A stretch of 64,000 bases of DNA, from assembly GCF_032062105.1 (NCBI RefSeq), contig NW_026927380.1, positions 186,001 to 250,000 of the forward strand, read 5' to 3'. Source of the DNA: Saccostrea cucullata. Its lineage: Eukaryota. Shown in pieces: positions 42,023 through 52,800 of this stretch; the stretch's first letter is position 1; every line of letters starts with the position of its first letter. The position numbers and the translations under genes are program-made. Under the pieces are notes generated by a model. That model saw only the letters and a program-made list of their open reading frames with translations, made no database searches and was not told the origin of the DNA.

Positions 42023-43935
42023 TCACGCCTCTAAGAATGACACATAGTCTGTTAGAACTGATAACTGCTGCTCACTTAAAAGTTCAGGATCCTTGGCAGG
42101 CACTGCAAGAAGTAAATCATAATTTTAAAAATAATAATAGTTTTCTGACATTTGTTGAAAAAAAATAATTAAACTGAAATTACAACAGTGAATATTGGTA
42201 AGTGATCATATAAATGTCACAATAATCATTAGAAAAATGAATTTATTAAAGAATGCTCTTACCTAGCTTTTTAGGTTTAATATACTTAGTTGCAGAGTCA
42301 TATGTCCACCCTTCTTGGGTTGCCGCTGTATATGACAAAAAGAATTACTCAGATTAAACCAAAACAAAGTTTCATTTACAAGCTACCTGTATAAGCATAT
42401 CAAGCATAGCAGTTAAGCTCTTAAGAATCTTAAGTCTCATGTTTTCTTCTCTTGTGTTAATCACTTTATTGTTAATGTGAAAAATTCCCCATCAGCACCA
42501 ATGTCAGTAACAAGATAAAACATACTGGGAAAATTCAGAAGGGCAAACCTTGTATAGCCTCATTTGAAGGCATTCCCATAAAAACAGCCCACTCTTCAGC
42601 ATTGATGGAACTGTAGGCTTTAGATACTAGTCTCATGGCTCTTTCTCTTGTGGCAGCTTTCAAGAAGAGAGAGAAATGACAGATTTGAATGCCAAGACTT
42701 TGTTAAAATGATCAAGGATAATTTTCCAGATACAATTTATAGTTGAATATCTTGTTCAAAAAATGAGTGTGTATTATTTTACCTTTCACTGCCTCCATTA
42801 TTTGTAGCACACTTTCTGACCATTCTTTCTTTAATGCTTCATAGATTCCTGGGTAGTCCCTCAACCACAACTTCTGTCCCACTGCCCAAATATGACCTGT
42901 TTCAGGACTCGACTACAAGACAAGGTTTAATAATTAAAAGATGTTTAGTCTTGTATGTCAAGTATGAGCAGCCTAAGATTGGGACTTCTTCTTGGCAAAA
43001 ATTTTAAGGAAACTGACTTACGCTCTTGACTGACTGTGGTATTCTTTTCCATAAAAATTTTGCATTGCACCTGGAATTGAAGACATTAAAATGACATAAA
43101 ATGAAAATAATGTAATAATCATAAAAGCCATAGTAGACCTTCTTACAATATGACAAAATCTATACAAGGTCCTTTCACAATAACTGTGGTAGTACTCTTT
43201 TGCAGGGCAAAATGATATATTTTGGTGAAATATGACATAATTTAAGCAATTGCTTAATAGGGGCCCAGAGATAGAGGCCTATAAATTAATTATCTATCAA
43301 TATTAATTAAAATTATCTTAAATTACATTATCTATCAACAAAATCTTCACCAAAAGTTATTAAATCGCCCTGCAAAAGAGTACTACTGCAGTTATTGTGA
43401 GGGGCTAATACTATATATCAAGAAAAATCATTAGAAATATTATGTCTGTCTGTTTTAAATCATAATCTTACATGTCATTGTGAAGAAGGTACAGGGCTAA
43501 CAGCTGATTATACACCTGAGGTGATGTCCCTCCTCCTGCAGACTGAAATGCAATGCACAAAATCATGAACATTTATCTTGGACCAGAAACCAAAGGTATA
43601 AAACAAGATGTTGTTTATGCGGACTTCAGATTATTCCATTATTTAATCACTGTTGTACAAAAATTTTTTACGAACATCAAGTGTTAATTCTATTCGAATA
43701 AAAAGAGTAAATATATGTTCACACACACCCATTAAAAATAAACAAATGAAGAGAAAATTCGAGTTAACTGAATTTCGCTTCATTACTGGACAATACTGAA
43801 GTTATATCGTTTTATGTATTCAATAAAAATGCTGCAATTAAATTATCACTGATGTCTGTCTTGGCACATTACCTCGAGTTCTTGTTGTTCTAATTCGATT
43901 TGTAGCTTTTGATAATCAACATTTTCTTTGGCCAT
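42023..43935 (-). CDS. COPS8: COP9 signalosome complex subunit 8, 7 coding exons
   Basis: Exons 43873-43935, 43472-43542, 43022-43070, 42783-42912, 42549-42656, 42263-42325 and 42023-42102 splice in phase. Product: MAKENVDYQKLQIELEQQELESAGGGTSPQVYNQLLALYLLHNDMCNAKFLWKRIPQSVKS...IWAVGQKLWLRDYPGIY...ATRERAMRLVSKAYSSI...EQQLSVLTDYVSFLEA*, matching CSN8 hallmarks. Confidence 0.95.
43175..43400. mobile_element. MITE with ~34-bp inverted repeats in COPS8 intron 2
   Basis: TCACAATAACTGTGGTAGTACTCTTTTGCAGGGC / GCCCTGCAAAAGAGTACTACTGCAGTTATTGTGA. Confidence 0.75.
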
Positions 43936-44275
43936 TTTTACAATGGACCCCAATGCGAACGAAACTTTATTTTCCGAAAAAATGAAGACTTATGGGTGCG
44001 TCATGAATCCGGTCTATTTGAGAAATTTTATTGGGACGTACATGTAGCCTCCTTTTTGAAAGTGAGTGAGTGGGGGCAACCTAGAGAAAAAAAAACTTAC
44101 CCGAAAATCTTTACAAGCTAAACATGGGGGGGGGGGGGGGGCTGTGTCAATGAACATTTTCTTAATCAAAAAGTTATGTCTGGAAAAAGAGTGGACTACG
44201 TATACCCTCCCCTGGCCCGATACTACGTGCCTGATATAGATTGAAGAAAAATAATTCAGCGAGTTATTATCATAT

Positions 44276-44600
44276 ACGGTGGTAAGTTATTTTTTTAAGA
44301 TGCGAGGGAAAATTGTCTCGTTTAACAAGATTTATCTAGTGAACACGACATATTACTTCGTGAAAACGAAATAACATACCGTGAAAACGACATAATATCT
44401 CATGAAAAAGAGATATTATCTCGTGAAAACGACTTATGATATCGTGTCAACAACATAATTTGTCGTGAAAAGTAACGCGATATTACGGAATTGTTACGTT
44501 TTACAACTCGAAAGTTGCGCGTTTATTCGCGAAAGTTTTAGCGATATAACGCGAAAATATATTTTCTATCCTTCGAAAATAAGTGCAATGGGATTTCGTA
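44276..44600. repeat. Degenerate MITE-like element with a ~21-22-bp minisatellite upstream of COPS8
   Basis: TCGTGAAAACGA(C/G)AT-type unit repeated ~7 times (44317-44471). Ends are TACG...CGTA. Confidence 0.55.
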
Positions 44601-45399
44601 AATAATTTCTTACAATATTAAAAAAAACTTTGAATTTGTTACCTAGTATGTTTTTTTTTGGGGGGGGGGCACAACTGACTTTATACATTAAAAAAAAATG
44701 TTTGACAAGTAATAAAAGAGGGAAGAGAGAAAAGATCATTTTTGTTCAAATTTGTTATAATTGGTCAACACCAATTCAGTCAGTGTATAATTGTGCGAGA
44801 TCGTATTATACTATAGTCCATCTGGACAGTTTAAAACATCATAGTGACGAAATATTACGGGTACCGGAAAGCCAAATGCACCTTCCCATTTAACATGGTA
44901 AAGTACAGTATATGTTTAATCCAGTTTCTTTAAAAACATTTTATATTCACTTTCAAAGTAATAGTTTTTTATATAAGTTTAGCAATGCAGCGGTTACATA
45001 TATAAATGTATATAAATATTAAATTTTATCAGTGAGTGTCCTATGAACGTCATAAAACATATAGGTCTCTCTCCAAAAAAAAGTTCTAGAAATTGATCCT
45101 TGTATTTTTCTTCTAAAATACAACCATCGAATTTCATACATACAAACTACCAACTTTTACGTCAAGTTCTAGATGATTAATATTATTTAAAATATTGTTG
45201 TTGGCATTTACGATATACAAGAGCCCATGCGTGCAAATTTTAACTATAACAGACGTTCCAAATATATACTTTTATACATGTACCTCTACTGATTTTTCCC
45301 TACATAACATTAGATCGATAGATCGATATGATTATTATACCTCTACTGATTTTTTCTTATATAAAAATCAGGCAGTAAAATGTGAATAATTCCCTAGAA

Positions 45400-46455
45400 A
45401 TCTCTGTGAATGGACTAATCTCCATGCGTTAGTCAAATGAGCTAATCCCTAATTTCCCGGTTATCCGTAATCCTCTAGATTTAACTTTTGAATCGGTCTA
45501 ATAATTATGTTAATGGACTAATCCCCGTGTGTCTAGTCAGGAAGCTAATTCCCCGTCATTCGAAATCCTCTTTTTTTTTTACTTTTGTATCGGTATTATC
45601 AGATAAAACAGTTAAAAAGTATATCATTGAGAGAGTTAGCAAGATTCCAGTTCCCCTCGACCAGGACTATTTCCCGAGGCGCAATCCCCGTGCGTTCGTC
45701 AACTGACGTCAAGTGAGCTTGTCCCTGCTTCGAAAGCTACAGCGTAATCACGGTTATCCGTAATCCTCAAAATTTTACTTATATATTGGACTAATCCCCG
45801 TGTGTTAGTTCAGTAAGCTAATCCCTGCTTTGAAACCACACTATCTGAATCCTCTAAAGTTTACGATTGTATCGGTGAAATAAACAGTTTAAAAGTATAT
45901 CATTGCGGGAGTTAGCTTTGCTTCGGGTAATAGTCCTGGCCTTGGGAAACTGGAATCTTGCTTACTCCCTCAAAGATATACTTTGAATAACTGTACAATA
46001 TCAATCTCCTACGCAGAGTTGTCATTCGTTCCTCTCTCAGACAATGAATGTATGAGCCGATGGTAGAGAATGGTATAATATATAGTCAAAATAGTAAGCA
46101 AAATTCCAATTTCCCGAGGACGGCACTATTTCCCCATTCATAATTATTGAACCTCTACTTTTCCTTTTTAAATTTAGATCGATAGATATATTAATAGTTT
46201 CCTGTGAATTCTGTGAACGGACTTATATAATCCCCTTTTTGTCATGCGCCATTAATACATGTAGTACTTGTTATATAGTCTTCAAAGTCTGATTCGTATG
46301 TAGATATACATGTATAGATTTTACTTTTGTGTAATAAGCAGACAAAAAGGATTTAGCAAGATTCTAGTTCCCAAAGTCAATGGAACTTTTGCCTCGGGTT
46401 TTTCCTTGGGGAAATCTGAAATAGTCCTGGCCTCGGGATACTTGTATCTTGCTAT
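45400..46455. repeat. Cluster of rearranged inverted and direct repeat fragments
   Basis: GGACTAATCCCCG and GGTTATCCGTAATCCTC recur. A ~60-bp inverted pair lies at ~45618-45680 / ~45923-45982. Related TAGCAAGATTC.AGTTCCC ends occur near 46095 and 46353-46454. Confidence 0.6.
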
Positions 46456-46742
46456 CCCCCCCCCCCTCCTTCCCCTTGCAACGATATACATGTACTGCAT
46501 GTTGCAACGATATACATGTACTGCATGTATCATGCGGTATGTATATAATTAAGTTAAATTTGTCAAGTCTCCAGAAAAACTACGCATGTATGTCGTGTTA
46601 ATTTTATTCCCGATATCGTTAATATTTTGTTTTTAGTCTACAGTAACAGTTTAAAGGATCGATTTTTTTTAATTTGTACATGTATCTTACGGAAGCTGGT
46701 AAGGGCAGCAGTAGTACCTTTTCTTTATTTGCCCTAGCCAAT

Positions 46743-47006
46743 TTTACAACGACTATAGGAATTTGGAGCGTATTAAAGATCTGATTTAGTATCTACATGT
46801 CTTAAATGAAACAATAATTTTAAATTGCAAATACTGTAAATTGCGATTGTTCATCTGGTACATGTATCTTTATATGCATACTACTTTAACACTTGTAATC
46901 TTACAGGAAATAAATTTCTTTTTTAATATGTAAATTACATGTATTAACTCAATCTGTTCAAAATCAGATCTTTAATACGCTCCGAAATTCCGATAGTCGT
47001 TGTAAA
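46743..47006. mobile_element. MITE-like element with ~45-bp inverted ends just upstream of the methyltransferase
   Basis: TTTACAACGACTATAGGAATTTGGAGCGTATTAAAGATCTGATTT / AAATCAGATCTTTAATACGCTCCGAAATTCCGATAGTCGTTGTAAA. Confidence 0.75.
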
Positions 47007-47103
47007 GCGACTATTAGAATTTTGGACCCTAACAAAGAGATTGAGAATAAACACGTCATATTCAACATTTTCAACGATATGCTCTCTGCTTACATTTTAG
47101 GTG

Positions 47104-48198
47104 ATGGGAATATTTAAAGAAGCTATAGCAAGAAATCTGAGGCACCCAAAAAGTGGACCGGCAGGCTGGTTCGTCAGCATAAGCTTCCCAAGTTCTTGTT
47201 CAGATCAATTTCATACATCTAATATTCAAATACATGTACATGTACTTATTATGACGATTCACTACGCAATTTATTCATTTTTAGAAATACGTTTTTGAAG
47301 AAAAAAATAAAAACTTGGAGAAAAACGCTGTCAACGTGTGCAACATTTCTAAAGATGATATTGTTCTAGAAGTGGGATTTGGTCCGGGGTTTGGACTCGA
47401 AGAGGCACATACTAAAATAAAAGGTTATTAATTTAATTATAAATGATAAGATTATTGTTATAAATGTAAACTCATCAAAAAGAGAAACTGGGAGAGATTA
47501 ACACTTGCAGGATACATTTAAAATTTAAAACTTTCATTTCTTTATTCCTTCTTTATTCCTATAATGTCATATTATAAATTTTGAATTTACCGGGTGGCAG
47601 TAAATACGAAATTTACAACATGACAACTTGTAAATTTTGTATTTACTGTCATCTGGTAAATTCGAAATTTACAGCATGACACTATCCTACAAGTTCAGTA
47701 AGAACTAGTTATATTTACCTAAATACCCCCGTATTATACCTTTTAAAATATATATTGTGTTTTATCTTTACAGATGGAAAGGGTAAGGTCTATGGAGTCG
47801 AGATCTCCCAAGCAATGTTAAAAAAGGCGGGACGTTTACTCCAGACTGAGATAAACTCAGGAAAAGTTGAACTAATACTGGCAAATGTCGCAAAACTGCC
47901 TTTCGAATCCGACATGTTTGATCACGTGTTTCACTGCAACTGTTACTATTTTTGGGATGATCAGGTTGCGTGTGCTGGAGAATTGCATAGAGTAATGAAA
48001 CAAAATGCAAACATGGTAGCTGTACTGAACGAACAGGGTCTAAAAGTAGCGGAAGAAGCGGGAGTCTTAAAATACGGAAACACAGACCCACATAGATACA
48101 TGGACTCTTTAAAGAAAGCTGGATTTCAGGATATAGATTTCAAGAAACTGAAAAGTGCAAAGGGTCATCCATTTAGTGCAATTTTTGCTCGAAAATGA
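47104..48198 (+). CDS. Class I SAM-dependent methyltransferase (small, Methyltransf_11/UbiE-like fold), 3 coding exons
   Basis: Exons 47104-~47178, 47285-47423 and 47774-48198. Motif I VLEVGFGPGFG, post-I VYGVEIS, motif II LPFESDMFDHVF, then NCYYFW and ELHRVMK. The first donor site is ambiguous. Confidence 0.85.
47565..47681. repeat. ~115-bp imperfect hairpin in methyltransferase intron 2
   Basis: TGTCAT..TAAATTTTGAATTTACCGGGTGGCAGTAAATACGAAATTTACAA is mirrored by TTGTAAATTTTGTATTTACTGTCATCTGGTAAATTCGAAATTTA..ATGACA. Confidence 0.75.
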
Positions 48199-49299
48199 TT
48201 TTAATAATGGCAGCTGTGATTCCATGTCATAAAATTGTATCTCCATTAATATTCACTATTCAGGGGGTCCCAAGTTGAATTTATACGAGTTTTTTTTTAA
48301 TATTTATGATTGATTAACATAACAAGATTAAATGGTTCTAATTGTGATATTAGATTTTTAATACAAAGTTTATTATAAAAAATTATTTCACTGTTTATTT
48401 AGTACATGTATATGAGATCTACAGACTACATATGCGTTCATATAAAATTAATTAATTAAGAATTATCATTTTTAAGCATGGGGAAACATCCTCGTTTTCC
48501 ATCAGTTAGTCAACCATGCTGAGCTAATCAGATTTTGTCACGTTGGCGAGGTGGGCAAATGAAACTTGGTCATGAAGATTTGAATTTTCTTGCACGTGAT
48601 TTCTGTAACATCGTTACACTGGCGAATAAACCTAAAAATAAATTTAGAAGGCGTCAAATCATACGATGTTATTGATAATGCAAAAAATACTTTCAATGAA
48701 TAATAGACAGATATAATTTTCTGCATATTTTTTATCAATATATTTGTTTTATCTGATTTTTTTTATTACCTATCACGATCAGACCGATAACTCCAACCAA
48801 GAGAGGGATGGCCACTGCAAATACTTTTGGCGGGAAAAAATTCTGTAGGAAGCTGTCCTTTTCTACAAACGGCTGGAAAGAAATGAGAATGTCATATACT
48901 TCCATACACAGAGAGAACTCGAAGAGATAGTCTCCAATGCGATTTTTATATTATCATTTTCGACTAAACAACACTTTATCTGTATTGATAAAATATAGAA
49001 TGCACAAAACAAGTACCAGTGCGTACCATACTTTTTTAATCTTAAAACGTAAAAAAAAAATCACATCTGAAATACCGGTAGCTTACCAGAATGATAACCC
49101 ATACTGTGTAGTAAATTCCAAACGTCACGGAGCCAGATATCAGGGACAAACCAAGCAATCTGTCCATTGCATCTCTGAACTGAAAGAAAGACATGAGACC
49201 CATGGGGCACAATGCTCGCAACAGCTTTGAACAGCATAATATACGTGTGTTCGAACGTAAAATTTTGATTCTGTAATTTTTTTTGGTTCCACCCTAAAT

Positions 49300-49620
49300 A
49301 CATGGGACATGATTTTAATGAATCTATGATTCTATCTTACAAGAGGATGCTTCCACCTTAATATTTGTTGTTCTTCAATCTTGAGTGAACGGTTTTTAAA
49401 AAGACCCCCCTGTGTAATTCCTACTGTGGTTCTGCCCTCCGTTCCCTGCCCCCTGGGACCATGATCTGAACATGCCTAATCGGCTAATGTTAGGCCTGGG
49501 TTCTTGAAAAGAAGGTAAAAATGTGAAAAGTTTACAGACTGACATATTGTAGTTGCAGAACTGTAGCTCTCTGAAAAAAATATATTCAGAGACCTGCAGA
49601 GCTTTTAGCTCAGATGAGAT
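49300..49620 (-). mobile_element. Degraded Helentron/HINE remnant
   Basis: GGGACCATGAT.TGAAC repeat core, AATGTGAAAAGTTTACAGAC, and a GAGCTTTTAGCTCAGATGAG end motif. Confidence 0.45.
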
Positions 49621-49825
49621 TATGCTTTTAGATGTTAAAAATCTATCAGGCGCATTTGTTCCTTAAATTTTTTTTTTATGACAAGAACAGTCCTCCATAC
49701 CTTGACAATACCGATTTGGGTTTTCTCTTTTATAATCCGGAATATTCAAACGCGTGCAACGTCTTCGGGATAAATCCGATTATGCACATGTAATGATTGT
49801 ATTGGTTATTTTAATATCCACCTTG

Positions 49826-52800
49826 ATGAGAAAATGTATATCTAGGCTGTGCATCACTAAAACTTCCAACAAATCAGTGCAGGTTTGTGGTACAGAGCTT
49901 GATGTGGTAGATTCATTGCTGAAAGGTATGGTGCAAAAATTTTTTTGACTTGTTTAAAATCTTTTTAACTTCTTACACAGAAGAGCGTTTGTAAACAGAG
50001 TACATTGCCCTTTTATCTCATAAAATAGATAACTGTCAAAATTAATTATTTCACAGACCGGTGTCCTTTTACAATGATTGTATTTTATATTTTAACCTTC
50101 TGACAGCTGAACAACTGTCTAATATTGCAGTAATTTCCGTGGAAGATGGTCAGAAATTCATAAAGATAATTGGATCTGGAAAGAGAGGTATGCTTTGTTA
50201 AAAAAAGACAATCTGAGCATCAGGTATCTAGTGTAAAGGGGGAACTTCTCCCCTATTATGTCCTTGAATATTCTGTTTTCAAACTAATATGTTGACTGTG
50301 CAATGGTTAGGGCTCACACAGATAGCTTTTCATTTATAAACTGTATTTAGACACATCTCTTCAACCCAAATGATGACTTTTTGTTATACCCCTTCTAATC
50401 AGTCCCTATATGATTTCTTACTTTGAAAAGTCCAACAGTCCGACTGTCTTCCCTGACTGTTGGTCCAAGAACTGTTAAAATTGACTGTTAAAAAAGACTG
50501 TTGCCCGCTGACGTCAGATGGCGCTAAACTGAGTTATCTTTAAATTCGGTAAAGGAGTATAACAAAACAGTTGTTGAAAGGAGTCTCTGGAAACAGTCGA
50601 CCTGCTGGACCAGAGTGCAAACTGTTTTCCCTGGCCTTGGGCAACAGCTTGCACTCGGTCCAACAGATCGACTGTTTCCCTCTACCCCAGTCAACAAATG
50701 TGCAATATGTGACATTTGGTATCTCTAGACTCTGACATTGTATGTAAGTGCATTACCAAAGATAAGCCAGTACGAAAGTGTCTAGCTGTGCTAGCTATTA
50801 ATTAGATATAATTATTTATTGCAAATTAAACTTTTATAAATATGAAATGAATCAGATCTCATTGCTTGATTTCAAAATTTCTTGATATCTTATCTTTCTT
50901 TTTAGGTGAAAACAATCTTACAGGAAGTTTTTCACAACAAAGACAATGTTTCCACACAGTTCCTGCATGCTTTTCTGACAAGTCAAACAACACAGATGAA
51001 AATGGTCATTCTAGGGATAATTTTGGAATAAACAATAAATACCTAAACTCCAAAAAGTCAAACACCATGTGTGCAGATGGTGCCAACTTTGATGCAGATG
51101 CATTTAAGAAAGCTAACCCCAAAGTGAAAGTAGGATGGGCAATGTCTGCCATGAAGAGTGGGGATGAGGCCAAGAGACAGCAAATGAAGGCCTGCTCAGA
51201 TCACCTTCAGGAAATGTGGCAAGAAAGGAAAGACAAGTCCCCAGTGTTAAAACAGTTTAGAGACTATTTGATGAAAAGTGATAATCCCTATGCATTTGTT
51301 GTGTTCCTGTTGAATGACTCGCATGATCTTCACGTTCATAAAACTGCGACTTTTTCCTATGCAATTTGTAAGGAATTTGATGGTTGGTTGTCATCTCCTC
51401 ATTGCAATATCAGGAATAAGGCACAGGTTTTGACACCAGAGATAAAACTAGAGGCTGTGAGTGTTGCAACAAGGTTAGTGTCTTTAGTAAACTGAGAAAG
51501 CTTGGCAGTATTGAACTGTTCAGTAATTTTAAGAAATTTTTGCAGCATTGAACTGTTAAATGATTTTAAGAAATTTCTGCAGTATTGAACTGAGCAATGA
51601 TTTGAAAAAAAAAAAGTTTGCAATATTGAACTGTGCAATAATTTTTAAGAGAAAGTTTGCAGTATTGAACTGCACAGTAATTTTACTCAGATGGAGAATG
51701 TATCAGGATCAGGTATGTGTGCTATTTGAGACTTGTTAAAGTAATTTTTTTTCTATTTTAAAGAGCTAATAATTTTTTTTTTTCAGGTACCATACAGTGA
51801 TGTTTCAACTGGTATTTAAAACATTTGAGCTGAAGCACCAAGGGAACGGTTATATGTTGCCAGAAATAAAGAGATTCTTAGAAGGGAAGAAATATAATGA
51901 GGTTCTTAAAGCCAGAACTACTATTTTAATAATTTTACTTATTTTCTAGTTTCTGACATCACAGGAACTAATACTGTACATGTACATTTTTGTTTTATTT
52001 TTAGTGTGCTCTGCTGGCAGGGCATTTAGGTCTTCAGGACCACTTCAGAATTGAGGAGGTAAGTTTTGATCTCTCAAAAAATTACCATTCAATTTGATAA
52101 ACACACAAGCACAAATATAATTTTACAGTAATAATATTGGGAAATATTGCATAAAAAAGCTTTTTCACTCCTTCATTGTAACCTTGTTTCAGATAGCAGT
52201 ACCCCTGATTCTACAGAATAAGTTAAACCTTCTAGAGACCTACCTCAGAGGAAACCAAGGACAGCAGACACTGGTTGTTCAGTTCCTAGATCATATGTGT
52301 GATAAAAGCTACAATATTAACAACCTTGTCAGGTACTAAAGAAATGAAGCTAATTTCAACTTTTGTTATATGATATAACTTAACTTGGGGCAGTTTACGC
52401 TTTATAATCCGTGACGCGGTTTATAAAAAAGCGTAAACTGTCCCAAGTTATGTTATATCGTATAACAAAAGTTGAAATAAGCTTCATTCCTTATAATTTA
52501 ATTTTAATGTAGACAATGAGACAATTTTTCCATTTTTTCCTTCAGAAAAAGGCTTCAAATATAGCATATTTTAAAATTAACGTCAAGCGAGTAATACGTT
52601 TTTGACGTAACTCATTGTGACGTAGGCAAGTTATGTTATACAAGATGGATAAAACCGTTTAACCAATCAAATGACATGTTACAAGTGAAATTAAATTATT
52701 TATACATGGATGTTTTATATTCTCACAATCTCAGACAAGTGTCAAGTTCTTGCAATGTTATGCATGTATTATGATAAAATCTCAGACATGTCTAATGTTC

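Noticed and set aside
42895-42912. Apparent in-frame TGA (possible selenocysteine) in the minus-strand gene
   Set aside because: It arises only with a wrong exon-2 boundary. With exon 43472-43542 the COPS8 frame is open throughout.
44317-44471. Regularly spaced short repeats resembling a CRISPR array
   Set aside because: The units are contiguous, degenerate and lack unique spacers. The context is eukaryotic with no cas genes, so this is a minisatellite.
48826-48840. E2F-like TTTGGCGGGAAAA motif upstream of EXD3
   Set aside because: A single short motif ~1 kb from the putative start with unknown TSS is not supportable alone.
51506-51685. GCAGTATTGAACTG repeats with variable spacers
   Set aside because: The 'spacers' are homologous to each other, so this is an ordinary tandem repeat.
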